A stretch of 64,000 nucleotides of DNA from an uncultured Verrucomicrobiae bacterium (GCA_963812605.1 CAWEWF010000006.1:320001-384000), one strand, 5' to 3'; positions 30,721-41,003 are shown, counted from the stretch's first letter. Numbers and translations are program-made. The notes: generated by a model not told the origin, from the letters alone.

Positions 30721-31203
30721 CGCGCCATCACGGCTTTCCTCTAACACAATCGTGCGTGGATAAAAACCAAAATGGCGATAAAACGCGAGCGCCTCATCAT
30801 TCTCACCCATGACAGACACGATCTTCGAGGTCACTTTCATGCTGTCGAGCCACGCTAACGCACGCTGCATAAGCTCAGTGCCCAGGCCCTGACCGCGCAA
30901 ATGCTCTTCGACGAAAATCGAATCTATCTCTCCAACGCCGTCGGCAGAAACAGTGCAAATGCAATAGGCGACACTCGCCCCATCCGAACCGGAGGCGACC
31001 AACACAACCCAAAGCTTCCCGGCGTCGGCCTTCGCCAATAACTTCTGCTTCCTGGCCTCGAACGTCCGGAGTCTCAACTTGCCGCCAAAGCGCGGGGACA
31101 TCCGTGCATGATGAGTGTTGAGCTTCTCCCAAAGCGCTCGAACCGCGTCAAGGCCGTCCGCGCCAACTTCGCGGAAAACAAATGAGGGGGTGGTTTCTGA
31201 CAT
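30715..31203 (-). CDS. GNAT family N-acetyltransferase (cassette)
   Basis: GEIDSIFVEEHLRGQGLG, NDEALAFYRHFGF. Confidence 0.9.
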   Translation of the reverse strand: MSETTPSFVFREVGADGLDAVRALWEKLNTHHARMSPRFGGKLRLRTFEARKQKLLAKADAGKLWVVLVASGSDGASVAYCICTVSADGVGEIDSIFVEEHLRGQGLGTELMQRALAWLDSMKVTSKIVSVMGENDEALAFYRHFGFYPRTIVLEESRDGAA

Positions 31204-31216
31204 GGTGCTCCATGCT

Positions 31217-31312
31217 ACCTAACGACGAGAACTGAGCCCCGCCGGAACTGCGATGTCAATTGCGAAGCGGAACAAAGGCGCAATCGGCGTTGGCTCCAGT
31301 GACTGGTTAGGA
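31217..31312 (-). other. integron attC site (best conserved copy)
   Basis: Minus strand TCCTAAC CAGTCACTGGAGCC ... GGCTCAGTTCTCGTC GTTAGGT; complementary R and L boxes; phzF-like stop TAA inside CCTAAC. Confidence 0.8.
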
Positions 31313-32101
31313 GACGATTGGTATCTCAAGCTCACCTCTACAATAGATTACTGCGTGACCACCGATTCCCACACGCTCGCCGAGAAATCGGCAGTAAAGC
31401 TCTCCGCCGCGCCACGAGATTTGCCGTGCGAACAACTCCGTCTTGCCCAGTCGCTCAGCCCAGAACGGAATCAGCGAAGAATGGGCCGAACCGGTCACAG
31501 GGTCTTCCGGTATGCCCGCGCGCGGGGCAAAGAAGCGTGAAACAAAATCCGCATCTTCGCCGCGTGCCGTAACGATGACACCCAAACAGTCCAGCCGCGC
31601 CAGCAAAGCCATATCTGGAGTCAACGCCGCCACTTCTGCCGGTGAATCATAAACTGCCAGAAAATTGCGCGACTTTAGCACCTCCCGTGGCTTATGCCCC
31701 AAGCCCCGCAGCAGCTCCTCCGGCGGGACGCACGACGTGGGCACATGGGACGGAAAATCCAGCTCCATGATATCACCACTCTGTTCCGCCGTCAGCCAAC
31801 CACTCCGGGTGTGAAAACGAATGCGGCGTCCCGGATAGCCCAACTCTGTAAACAGAACAAACGCAGATGCCAGTGTGGCGTGACCGCACAAGTCCACTTC
31901 CAGGATTGGAGTGAACCAACGCAGGTGATAGGAGTCGTTTGCTTGACGGGTGAAGAACGCTGTCTCCGCAAGATTATTTTCTGCGGCAATGTTCTGCAGT
32001 TTATTGTCAGGGAGCCAACTTTCCAATACGCAAACACCGGCAGGATTGCCGCCAAAGGTCCGTTTGGTGAATGCGTTAACCTGATAGTAAGGAATTCGCA
32101 T
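31307..32101 (-). CDS. PhzF family epimerase-like protein (cassette)
   Basis: GGNPAGV, NLAETAF, EVDLCGHATLA, EDPVTGSAH. Confidence 0.93.
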   Translation of the reverse strand: MRIPYYQVNAFTKRTFGGNPAGVCVLESWLPDNKLQNIAAENNLAETAFFTRQANDSYHLRWFTPILEVDLCGHATLASAFVLFTELGYPGRRIRFHTRSGWLTAEQSGDIMELDFPSHVPTSCVPPEELLRGLGHKPREVLKSRNFLAVYDSPAEVAALTPDMALLARLDCLGVIVTARGEDADFVSRFFAPRAGIPEDPVTGSAHSSLIPFWAERLGKTELFARQISWRGGELYCRFLGERVGIGGHAVIYCRGELEIPIVS

Positions 32102-32137
32102 AACCCCACTGACGCTAGTGTGGATCCAAATGCGGCA

Positions 32138-32175
32138 CGTTAACCACACGGGTCGCTGGAGTGGATTTGTCAGAC
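32138..32175 (-). other. truncated attC remnant
   Basis: Minus strand GTCTGACAAATCCACTCCAGCGAC...GGTTAACG. Confidence 0.35.
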
Positions 32176-32190
32176 ATCTTCACAAGTCAA

Positions 32191-32643
32191 TTAACTCTTC
32201 GGTGGCCAAGCAACTCCATCCAACTCTTTCGGTAGCTGTTTTGGGTTCACCGGATATACCAGGTTCTGGTCGAGTGCTTCGCCGGTCTCCAACTCCTTCT
32301 CGGGGGCACCGATGATAAGCCAGAGCACCTCAGTTTCTGTATCGTTGAACACCTGCCGCAAATGTTCCGGCCCCACGAGCACTCCCCCGTGCTTTGGGAC
32401 GGTGAGAGTCTGGTCCCCGATTCGAATGCGCCCGACACCTTCGACCACAAAGTAAAATTCTTCCATCTTGGGATGCCTGTGGAGCGTGTTGGCGCTCTTT
32501 GGTGGAAGCCGCCATAGTCTGGCTCCTAGAATCTCGCTCTTTGTTCGCTCAAGAAAATCCGCATTGGGGATTCTCATGATATTTGATGGCCTCCAGAAGA
32601 GGTCTTCCGGCTTGATAAGAAAATAACCGTCTATTGGCTTCAT
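32191..32643 (-). CDS. cupin domain protein (cassette)
   Basis: LHRHPKMEEFYFVVEG cupin motif. Confidence 0.88.
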   Translation of the reverse strand: MKPIDGYFLIKPEDLFWRPSNIMRIPNADFLERTKSEILGARLWRLPPKSANTLHRHPKMEEFYFVVEGVGRIRIGDQTLTVPKHGGVLVGPEHLRQVFNDTETEVLWLIIGAPEKELETGEALDQNLVYPVNPKQLPKELDGVAWPPKS

Positions 32644-32650
32644 AAAGGTT

Positions 32651-32721
32651 ACCTAACAAGTATTAGGGAACAAAAGTACCACCCGCCCCGGCTGCGCATT
32701 GGCTCCAGTACGGTGTTAAAC
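32651..32721 (-). other. attC-like site
   Basis: Minus strand GTTTAAC ACCGTACTGGAGCCAA ... CTT GTTAGGT; upstream stop in the left core. Confidence 0.6.
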
Positions 32722-33021
32722 GTTAGTGGTAACGATTGGTTCGTCATAATGCTCGACCGTCGGAAATGGGTCATAAAAGTGGTGCAGCAGCGTGCGCCAC
32801 CGCTGATACTCGGCTGACCGGCGGAAGCCGACGGTGTGGTCTTCCAGTCGCCGCCACTCGACCAGCAAAACGTAACGGCTGGGGGTCTCAAGGCAGCGCC
32901 TCAACTCATGTGAAAGATAGCCGGGCATGGAGGCGATGATGGGAGACGCTTTACGGAATGCCGCCTCGAATGTAGCGCACGTTCCTTCTCGGACGTTCAG
33001 GATAGCGACCTCAAGAATCAT
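32716..33021 (-). CDS. antibiotic biosynthesis monooxygenase (ABM) family protein (cassette)
   Basis: MILEVAILNV..MPGYLSHELRRC..WRRLEDHTVGFR. Confidence 0.9.
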   Translation of the reverse strand: MILEVAILNVREGTCATFEAAFRKASPIIASMPGYLSHELRRCLETPSRYVLLVEWRRLEDHTVGFRRSAEYQRWRTLLHHFYDPFPTVEHYDEPIVTTNV

Positions 33022-33024
33022 ATG

Positions 33025-33090
33025 CGCGAACGCCGCCTCCACCCGCGGACAACCGCCTTGTTCACGCTTCGCTCCCGTGACTGCTCAGCC
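33025..33090 (-). other. degenerate attC-like site
   Basis: Minus strand GGCTGAG CAGTCACGGGAGC ... GGC GTTCGCG, then ATG 3 nt later. Confidence 0.45.
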
Positions 33091-33091
33091 T

Positions 33092-33511
33092 TCATTTTGC
33101 CCGTCCTTCGTCGAATTCATAATAATCGAATAGTGTTTGAATCTCACTTCGATCAGCAAAACCACTTGCTGCCTTGTATCGGTTTAATTCTTCCGTGTTG
33201 TCATCCTTCCAGCCTCGTTTCGTCATGAACGCATTCCAAATCAAAACTTCCTCGTCATTCGGTTTGCGCCCGTGAGCAAAACACCATTGAAGAATTTCCG
33301 TATCGGTGCCGCCTTGCTGAACGCGATGTTGAACGGCGGCATAAGTAACCCCTAGAAACCGACAACATCGTCCATCGAAGCCGATCCCCAGATTTTTGTG
33401 GTAATCCGTGGGAAGCTTCTCTTCGGCCTTCAGCCGAATTTTATCGAGCATGCGGGCAAAATAGACAATCCCTTCCACCTTGTCGTATGCGCTGCGAGGG
33501 TACTGATTCAT
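33092..33511 (-). CDS. DUF5069 protein
   Basis: PRSAYDKVEGIVYFARMLDKIRL..GFDGRCCRFLGV..DEGR. Confidence 0.85.
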   Translation of the reverse strand: MNQYPRSAYDKVEGIVYFARMLDKIRLKAEEKLPTDYHKNLGIGFDGRCCRFLGVTYAAVQHRVQQGGTDTEILQWCFAHGRKPNDEEVLIWNAFMTKRGWKDDNTEELNRYKAASGFADRSEIQTLFDYYEFDEGRAK

Positions 33512-33542
33512 ATTTGTAGGTGAACAATTCTGGGACTGATTA

Positions 33543-33615
33543 CACCCCTGATCGAACCGCGAGGAAAGCACAAAAGAAGAATCCCCGCTTTGGACGATTT
33601 GCGAACCTTGCGGTT
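33543..33615. repeat. intergenic direct repeat, copy R1
   Basis: gaaccgcgaggaaagcacaaaagaagaatccccgctttggacgatttgcgaaccttgcggtt; near-identical to 34931-35002. Confidence 0.85.
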
Positions 33616-33726
33616 AGAGTTTTCAAGGGTTGGAACACTGAGATCGCGGTCGTTTCGCCAGACGCCGAAACTAAGCGATCACCGTCGGTGCCAAGACCGC
33701 TTCCGATGTACTCGCGCACCAGTCCG

Positions 33727-34779
33727 CTATTTGCCAGAGGGGCTTACGACCACGATCATGAACGAGCCGGGTTTTGGGGTTGGTCGAGATTGACCTTGCG
33801 ATGGGGGCCCAAACTCCGCTGTGGGAAGGTACAGCGTATGGGTCGTCGGATCGCTGCCCATGGTTCGCGCACCTAGTGGCGTCGGAACGGTCTGGACTAC
33901 CTGGAATTTGCCGGGCGCAGTCTCGTGGGCGACTGCAAGCGTACCGTCGCGGCAACTGGCAAAAGCGTCGCCGTCGAATTGCGTGGCGTCCACGCCGGCG
34001 CCAATCGGGAGATCGCCAAGGACTTTGCCATCATCCGCGCTCATGACGATCAGCTTCTGCGGTTTTCGACAACCGATGAACAGGCGGCGCTTCGCGCGAT
34101 CCATCGACATACCGACCGGCGAGCCGCCGGGGCTGGTGGGCCATTTGTTGATGACCTTCATCGTCTTGGTGTCCACCACCGCGACCTGATCCTTGTCTTC
34201 GAGGTTGATGTACGCCTTCCCCTGGCCGTCGGCGACGAGAAATTCAGGCTTGCCTCCAAGCTCAACCGCTGCGTCCGCTTTGCCCGTCTTGAGATCCACG
34301 TCCGCCGAGATGGGAATCAGTACACCGGCGTCCCCGCAGACGACCAGCACCTTGCCACTGGCCGGGTCGTAGATGACCCCGTCAGCGTCGTCCGCCGCCT
34401 TGACCTTGCCGAGCACCGCGTAAGTTTTCAGGTCGAAGACGGTGACCGAGGCATCCTCACCGTCGGTAATGAACCCACGACCGGCGCTGGCGACGATGGC
34501 CACACCGTGGTTGCGCTTCTGGCCGGGGATGTCGGCAACGGCCTTGCCCGTGGCGGCGTCAAGAACCATCGTGTGCGTCGAGCGCGGAACGTAGAGAAGC
34601 TTTTGCTCGGGATCAACGGTCAGGTAGTCCCAGCCACCTTCGCCTCCGACATGAAAGGTCTGGGAGACGTGATAAGGGCCCGTGTCGTTTGGTGGCGACG
34701 CGGGAGATTGCGCGCGAGCAAACGACGCGACCAGGACTGCCAGTGATAGTGGGAAAAGAGTGTACGTGATCTTGCTCAT
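33727..34779 (-). CDS. YncE/YVTN-like secreted beta-propeller protein
   Basis: Signal peptide; GGEGGWDYLTVD, HGVA, GKPEF, GARTM repeats. Confidence 0.88.
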   Translation of the reverse strand: MSKITYTLFPLSLAVLVASFARAQSPASPPNDTGPYHVSQTFHVGGEGGWDYLTVDPEQKLLYVPRSTHTMVLDAATGKAVADIPGQKRNHGVAIVASAGRGFITDGEDASVTVFDLKTYAVLGKVKAADDADGVIYDPASGKVLVVCGDAGVLIPISADVDLKTGKADAAVELGGKPEFLVADGQGKAYINLEDKDQVAVVDTKTMKVINKWPTSPGGSPVGMSMDRAKRRLFIGCRKPQKLIVMSADDGKVLGDLPIGAGVDATQFDGDAFASCRDGTLAVAHETAPGKFQVVQTVPTPLGARTMGSDPTTHTLYLPTAEFGPPSQGQSRPTPKPGSFMIVVVSPSGK

Positions 34780-34930
34780 AAGACCTCCAGTTGATTGAGT
34801 TTCGTCGTTCCCGCGTGGTTGCCGTAGCCTATAGAAATACACTTAGACGCCGCGGAACAGAGTGCTCGAATACAAACGCGATTACAAGGGCATATTTTCT
34901 CCGCACCGAACAACCATGTGAACCGCATTT

Positions 34931-35002
34931 CACCTCTGGTGGAACCGCGAGGAAAGCATAAAGAGGAGTCCCCGCTTCGGACGGTTTGCGAGCCTTGCGG
35001 TT
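34931..35002. repeat. intergenic direct repeat, copy R2
   Basis: gaaccgcgaggaaagcataaagaggagtccccgcttcggacggtttgcgagccttgcggtt. Confidence 0.85.
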
Positions 35003-35019
35003 TCAGATTCTAAGAGGGA

Positions 35020-35744
35020 TCATGAGGAGCGGCGACGCAAACGACTACTACCGAAGAGAACACCAGCGCCGCATAAGGCCAACGCCCAAGTCGAAGGTTC
35101 GGGGACCTGCACGGCTCCGGGAGCGGCTGGACAAGGAACGTGACGTCATGCGGTCCTGCGGTCCATCCTCCAAAGTCCAGGTACGAGTAGAGATTAAAAT
35201 CGAACCCAATCACGCTAATGGTGGCCGAGGTAACCGCGATTGTGGAAACAACAGACGGGGGAAAGTCGCCGGTTAGACTCGTAAGCGCTGGGTGAGATGC
35301 ATACGGGTAGCTGTTGAACGGTCCGATTACTGACGCGGCCTCCATCCACTGGGTCGCCGAACTGGAGCCGTCAACTGAAACTAGGGTGAATTGGAGGTCA
35401 AAATTCGAATACGCGCTCACATTGATGCCAGCCAACGTTCCCGCTCCATAGGTCTTGTCCGAAACTCGATATAAGAAAGCGTCGGGTGCATTCGTGCTGA
35501 CGAAGTGAACGTTAAATAGCACGCCTGTCCCGGGGATGTCTTGTTCCGACAAAATGCTTGGTGGGAACGGCTGGACTTCCTCGTTGCTCATGTTGTAATC
35601 GAGCGACATGATCGCCGAGTCGGACAGAGTGAAATCCGCCGCCTTCACCGGGGACGCCGTGATCAGTAGGCTGCCGAGCGCGAGTAGGCTGAGAGGGAAG
35701 GATGTAATTGGAAGACCCCGGTGTAGTTTCCGTCCTATCCTCAT
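35020..35744 (-). CDS. PEP-CTERM sorting domain protein (frameshift near 35125)
   Basis: Signal peptide; after a 1-nt shift ends VPEPSTWALALCGAGVLFGSSRLRRRSS*. Confidence 0.8.
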
Positions 35745-35863
35745 CGCTCAACTCCTAGCCGCTACCAAACGGGATCACTTCCTAAGTATGAGGGGAAGAG
35801 ATCGGCCACGCAAGCCAATTGTTCTCAGAAGAAACGGGCGGGAACCCCCAGAAAACAATTGGT

Positions 35864-35897
35864 TCCCCGCTTTGGACGGTTTACGAACCTTGTGGTT
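35864..35897. repeat. half copy R3 of the same repeat
   Basis: tccccgctttggacggtttacgaaccttgtggtt; left flank differs from R1 and R2. Confidence 0.75.
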
Positions 35898-35918
35898 TGA
35901 ACTTCCTAGGACTCCATA

Positions 35919-36281
35919 TCAATCGTGCGGGAAAGACTGTGCCTTGTCCGACGGCGGCAATTCTTCGGCCGCAGAGAGATGATGCGTCGGAGACGGAGTC
36001 AAAGGTGATGGCTTGCCGGCATCCGGTGGTCGTGAACCTGGGCTGCCGCCGCCAGTACCGCCGCCGAGTGCCGGCTGAGGTCGTGCGGCATCGGCTCGCC
36101 GAAAAAGCAGGATGCGCCAAATGGCGAAAGCCTGCGCGGCGAAAAGGGCGGCAAGACAAAGACCCTCAACTCGGAGGGAGACCGTCCCAGGCTGAACGGC
36201 GAGAGAAATGCCCAACGCGGATATCGCACACAGCGCCGCGAACATCGGGATGCCGAGAAGAAATCTGAAAAATAGCGCCAT
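35919..36281 (-). CDS. hypothetical membrane protein with a Pro/Gly-rich tail
   Basis: Two TM segments then GGGSPGSRPPDAGKPSPL. Confidence 0.5.
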   Translation of the reverse strand: MALFFRFLLGIPMFAALCAISALGISLAVQPGTVSLRVEGLCLAALFAAQAFAIWRILLFRRADAARPQPALGGGTGGGSPGSRPPDAGKPSPLTPSPTHHLSAAEELPPSDKAQSFPHD

Positions 36282-36448
36282 TATCCACTCCAGCCTATCA
36301 GTAGCCTTGGAGGCTCTTCGTCCAAGTACGCGATGCGATTGGCTCGAGCCACCATTACTTCGGTTTGAACTGTCGCGACGGTTTTCGCGTTGGCTGGGTG
36401 TTCGGCAAAGGCAAGTTGGACAAGGATGTTGCAGTCCAAGCCGATCAT
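36281..36448 (-). pseudogene. truncated PIN/VapC toxin
   Basis: MIGLDCNILVQLAFAEHP PIN-like start, ATGA-coupled to the antitoxin, stops after 55 aa. Confidence 0.6.
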
Positions 36449-36684
36449 GGCTCGCCGAACATTTCCTCTGCCAGTTCCCCCTGTGAGATGGCGGGGGCCA
36501 AGACTTGATGGCCTTTAAGCGAGCGGATGCGCAAAGCCGCGCCATTCCCCGCTTCGATTGCGTGAGCGGATACAATCCTCGCAACGGGCTTGTCGCCTTG
36601 CGTGAGCAAGACCTCGTTTCCCGCCTGCACCTGTTTCACCAGGTCGGCGAGGTGGGCAGTTCCGACTTCTTTGATCACGGTCAC
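36445..36684 (-). CDS. Phd/YefM family antitoxin
   Basis: AHLADLVKQVQAGNEVLLTQGDKPVARIV. Confidence 0.85.
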   Translation of the reverse strand: MTVIKEVGTAHLADLVKQVQAGNEVLLTQGDKPVARIVSAHAIEAGNGAALRIRSLKGHQVLAPAISQGELAEEMFGEP

Positions 36685-36898
36685 GGGGTAACAATACAGC
36701 TTTTCCTGCCGGTAGTCGAGAGCCGTTTAACGTGGGTATTCAGACTCCGCTTTCATTTCAGGATGGGAGCATCATTTAATAGCTTAACGTTCGCCGCGTG
36801 GGGGCACGCGGCCTACAACAAGACGGCTGGGAGTTTGTGCAAGGCGAGCGGATTTCGCAAGCGCAGATGAGCAAGATTTGTTAGCATTATAAGCGCAC

Positions 36899-39130
36899 AT
36901 GGCGAGGCCCAGCAATGAACCATTGGAGACTGTCGAGGGGACGCTCGAACGGATTATTTATTCCAACGAGGAGAATCTTTATACGGTTGCGCAGCTTTTG
37001 CCGGAGAGCGGGGGGCGGCGCGCTGAACCGGTCATCATCGTTGGCAATCTGGCGGCGCTCAATGTGGGGGAGACCTTGCGCGTGCAGGGGCGCTGGACAA
37101 ACCATAAACAATTCGGGCGACAATTTGCCGTCGAGCGGTTCGAGTCGGTGCTGCCGCGCACGATTGTCGGCATCAAGCGATACCTCGGCAGCGGCCTGAT
37201 CAAGGGCATCGGCGACGCGTTTGCCGACCGCATCGTGGATAAATTCGGCGAGCAGACGCTGGAAGTGATCGATTCGTTTTCGGCGCGGCTCCGCGAAGTG
37301 GAAGGCATCGGCCCCGAGCGGGCCAAGCGCATCAAGGAAGCGTGGGCGGCGCAGAAGAGCGTGCGCGATATCATGATTTTTCTGCAAGGCCACGGCATCG
37401 GCAGCGCGCACGCCGCAAAGATTTTCAAGGAATACGGTGAGAGCGCCATTGAGGTGGTCCGCGAAAACCCGTATCGCCTCGCGAAAGACATTTCCGGGAT
37501 CGGCTTCCGCACGGCGGACGGGATTGCCGCGAAGGTGGGCATCGAAAAGGATTCCATCCATCGGCTGAAAGCGGGAGTGGTCCATACCTTGGTCCGCGCG
37601 ACGGATGAGGGTCACACTTGTCTGCCGCGCGAGCGGCTGATTGAACACGCGCGGGAATTGCTCGATGTCGAGGTGGCGCCGATGGAGAACGCGATCAACC
37701 TGCTGGCGCTCGGCGGCAACGTCATCGTCGAGGACGACTACGTTTACTTGACCGGGCTCTACAAATCCGAGCGCGGCGTCGCGGGCAAGATCCAGGAAGT
37801 ATGTGCCGCGCCGCTCACGCTTCCGGCCATCGACATCGACAAGGCGCTGGTTTGGGTGCAGCAGAAAACCGACGTGGAACTTGCCGCTGCACAACGTAAC
37901 GCGATCAGGACCGCGCTCACGTCGAAAATTTCCGTCATTACCGGCGGCCCGGGCGTCGGCAAGACCACGATCGTCAACAGCATCGTCAAAATCCTCCAGG
38001 CCAAGAAGAGCAAGGTGTTGCTGGCCGCGCCCACGGGGCGGGCCGCCAAGCGAATGAGCGAAGCGACGGGCGCGGCGGCGCAGACGATCCACCGCCTGCT
38101 CAAGTACGAGCCGCGCGAGGGCGGCTTCACGCACAACGAGCGGCGTCCGCTTCAGGGCGACATGATCATCATCGACGAAACGTCGATGCTCGACATTCCC
38201 CTCGCCTATCACCTCTTGAAAGCGGTCCCGCTCACGGCGTCGGTCGTGTTTGTCGGCGATGTGGACCAGTTGCCGTCCGTGGGCCCGGGGAATTTCCTGC
38301 GCGATCTCATCGATTCCGACCGGATTCCCGTCGTGCGGTTGACGGAGATTTTCCGCCAGGCGAAGAATAGTTTCATCATCACGAACGCCCATCTCGTGAA
38401 TGAAGGGCAGATGCCGGTTCTTGACGCGGCCGAGGAGAGCGACTTCTTTTTCATCGCCGAGGAAGACCCGGAGAAGGTGTTGGCGACCATCAAGACGCTT
38501 TGCAGCGAGCGCGTGCCGAAGAAATTTGGGTTCGACCCGATGCGCGATGTCCAGGTGCTCACGCCGATGCACAAGGGAGTGTGCGGCTCGGAGAATTTGA
38601 ATCGGGAATTGCAGGCCACGCTGAACCCCAGCGGGCCGAATGTCCAGCGCCTTGGCCGCACGTACCGGGTTGGCGACCGCGTGATGCAGGTGCGCAACAA
38701 TTACGACAAGGATGTGTTCAATGGCGATCTTGGCCGCGTGAAACACCTCGACCTGATCGAACAGCAGGTAATTGTCCAGATCGATGACCGGGATGTCCCC
38801 TATGAATTCACCGACATGGATGAACTGCTGCCGGCCTACGCCATCAGCGTCCACAAATCGCAGGGCAACGAGTATCCGTGCGTCATCGTGCCGCTGTTGA
38901 CGCAGCATTTCATCCTGCTGCAGCGCAACCTGCTTTACACCGCCATCACGCGCGGCAAGAAACTGGTTATCCTTGTCGGCTCGAAGAAGGCGCTGGCGAT
39001 TGCGATCCGCAACAACAAGACGGCGGCGCGCTTCAGCCGCCTGCGGGAACGACTGCAGGGCCTCGCCGATCGGAGGGCGCATCTTGATACAGTCCCGCGA
39101 GCGCGAAGTCATGCCAAGGGACGCCGACTC
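36899..39130 (+). CDS. recD2: ATP-dependent RecD2-like helicase (3' end uncertain)
   Basis: YLGSGLIKGIG, ENPYRL, GGPGVGKT, APTGRAAKR, DETSM, GDVDQLPSVGPG, SVHKSQGNEY, LLYTAITRGK. Confidence 0.95.
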
Positions 39131-39250
39131 AGAGAGTCGGCCTACAATCACCTGGTCGCGAGTAAATTTGACTGGCCGAGTCGCGGCGGCGTGGCATATT
39201 CCCACCGGCTTCTGGTTCACCGCGTCAAGGAGCGGTGTGGTTGCGCGGCA

Positions 39251-39903
39251 ATGAAACAAAAGGTATCAGCAGTTTTTGAGCGCGACGGGGGGTTCACGTT
39301 GATTGAACTGCTCGTCGTGATCGCCATCATCGGAATCCTGGCCGGACTCCTGTTACCGGTGCTGGACAGGCGAAGCAAGCGGCGCTGCGGGTGAAATGCA
39401 TCGACCACGAGCGGCAATTGTTTCTCGCGGCACGGATGTTTGCGGACGACCATGACGGGTGGCTGCCCGCGCGCGGGCTGGGAGGGGACGATCGTTGGCC
39501 GGCGGCGTTTCGTCCGTATGTGGGTGGCAATACCGGTATTTATTATTGCCCGGCGTCGCATGACGTGGCCGAGCAAACCGCCGATCCCTACTCCAACACC
39601 CACAACAACACCGCCTACATCATCAACGGCTTCAACGACATTATTCCCTACAACACGCCCAACTCGGTTTTATTGGACAGCTTGCCCCACCCCAGCGAGA
39701 CAATTTTGTTCGGTGAAGAACTGGACGGGAACGGCGAATTTTACATGGACCTGGTTGAGAACAACCAGAACACGATCCTCGATTATACGCGGCACAATAA
39801 CGGCGCGTGCTACGCGTTTGCCGACGGCCACGGCGAATGGATCGCCAGTCCGCGGACGGTGACGGAAAATATGTGGTTGGTGAACAAACCGTCGCCGTCG
39901 TGA
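39251..39903 (+). CDS. prepilin-type N-methylation plus H-X9-DG domain protein (frameshift near 39370)
   Basis: GFTLIELLVVIAIIGILAGLLLPVL; RHNNGACYAFADGH. Confidence 0.85.
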
Positions 39904-39952
39904 TGTACGGCCACAGGCAGGGACGCCTGTGCCACTGCTCACAAGGGGAGTT

Positions 39953-40948
39953 CTAGTTGCCGCCCGGCTCGCTCTTCTTTTCCTTCTCGTCCTTGCGCTC
40001 TTGTTTCTCGTCTTTGCGAGACTCGTCGTGTGGCGGCTGTTTTTCCGTGGGTTGTGGAGCGACGCGCGGTTTTTCGGCGACCGGCGATTCGTGCGGTTTC
40101 TCGGATTGCTTCTTTTCCGTTACACCTGTCGGCTCGGACGATTGTTTTGGAGCTTCACGGAAGTTTTCCGCGTCGTGTTTCGGGGCCTTCTCTTCATTGC
40201 CCGGTTGACGAGTCTCCTCGTCGCGCGGCTTTACGTTCTTCGGGGACGTCTCGCGGAATTGATCCGCGTTACGATGATCGACTGCAACACGCGGCGGCGG
40301 GACGGTCAATTTGCGCGAGCTGACTTTCTCGATCACATCGACTCTCGGGCCGTTATTGACCACGACGTTGTTGACGCGGGTGATCTTCGTGATGTTGACG
40401 GTTTTGTTGATGATCGTGACATTGTTCACGATCACGGCGCGGCGATGGATCGGCTCCGCAAAATGGCCGACTTCGACAAACACGAAAGCGCGCGGCGGCA
40501 ACGCGGCTTCCCGCACGACCACGTAACCCTCCGGGCCAAAAACGGCGGCGGGTGGCAGCGGCGCCCAGCCGACGTATCCATCGCCTTCGCGCCAGGACAC
40601 CCATGATGGAGCCCACTCCGTGCCGGGCACCCAAACCCAGCCGTAATAAGGATCGTCAACCCAGCGTCCATAGTGATAGGTGGCCCAGGCCCATTGTTCG
40701 TCGCTGACCCAATACCAGCCGCCATCCGTCCAGAGCCAGTATCCTTCGCAGTACGGACGCCAATCCGACGACACGTACGCAGGCCGCCAGCATTGTCCGT
40801 AACCCGGCCGGTCAACCCAGCTACCGCATTGCCCCAAGGGGGCGCTAAATACGCTCACCGAAAAACTCACGCCGGCGACCGACTGGTTGACCGCCAGCGA
40901 CGAAAGTCCCACCACTGCGCAGAGCACGCTCAACAATCGTATTTTCAT
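39953..40948 (-). CDS. secreted Trp/Tyr-rich protein (DUF6600-like)
   Basis: Signal peptide; WRPYCEGYWLWTDGGWYWVSDEQWAWATYHYGRW, GWAPLPP; charged tail. Confidence 0.8.
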   Translation of the reverse strand: MKIRLLSVLCAVVGLSSLAVNQSVAGVSFSVSVFSAPLGQCGSWVDRPGYGQCWRPAYVSSDWRPYCEGYWLWTDGGWYWVSDEQWAWATYHYGRWVDDPYYGWVWVPGTEWAPSWVSWREGDGYVGWAPLPPAAVFGPEGYVVVREAALPPRAFVFVEVGHFAEPIHRRAVIVNNVTIINKTVNITKITRVNNVVVNNGPRVDVIEKVSSRKLTVPPPRVAVDHRNADQFRETSPKNVKPRDEETRQPGNEEKAPKHDAENFREAPKQSSEPTGVTEKKQSEKPHESPVAEKPRVAPQPTEKQPPHDESRKDEKQERKDEKEKKSEPGGN

Positions 40949-41003
40949 TTTGGCAAAAGCCTTTCCCATGTCTTCGGATACGTTGACGATGGACATCCCG
41001 TTA

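Noticed and set aside
34960-35002. c-di-GMP-I riboswitch in repeat R2 (minus strand GCAAACCGTCCGAAGCGGGGAC)
   Set aside because: Only the first stem is reminiscent; the following GCAAAG and second stem are missing, and R1 and R3 break the pattern.
35858-35890. tRNA gene or fragment
   Set aside because: The reverse strand ends in ACCA with a GGTTCG-like loop, but the spacing is too long and no D or anticodon arm is present.
36899-39394. RecD2 fused to a prepilin
   Set aside because: The linker runs through REP-derived, non-coding-looking sequence and the pilin has its own ATG at 39251; read-through is most likely an indel artefact.
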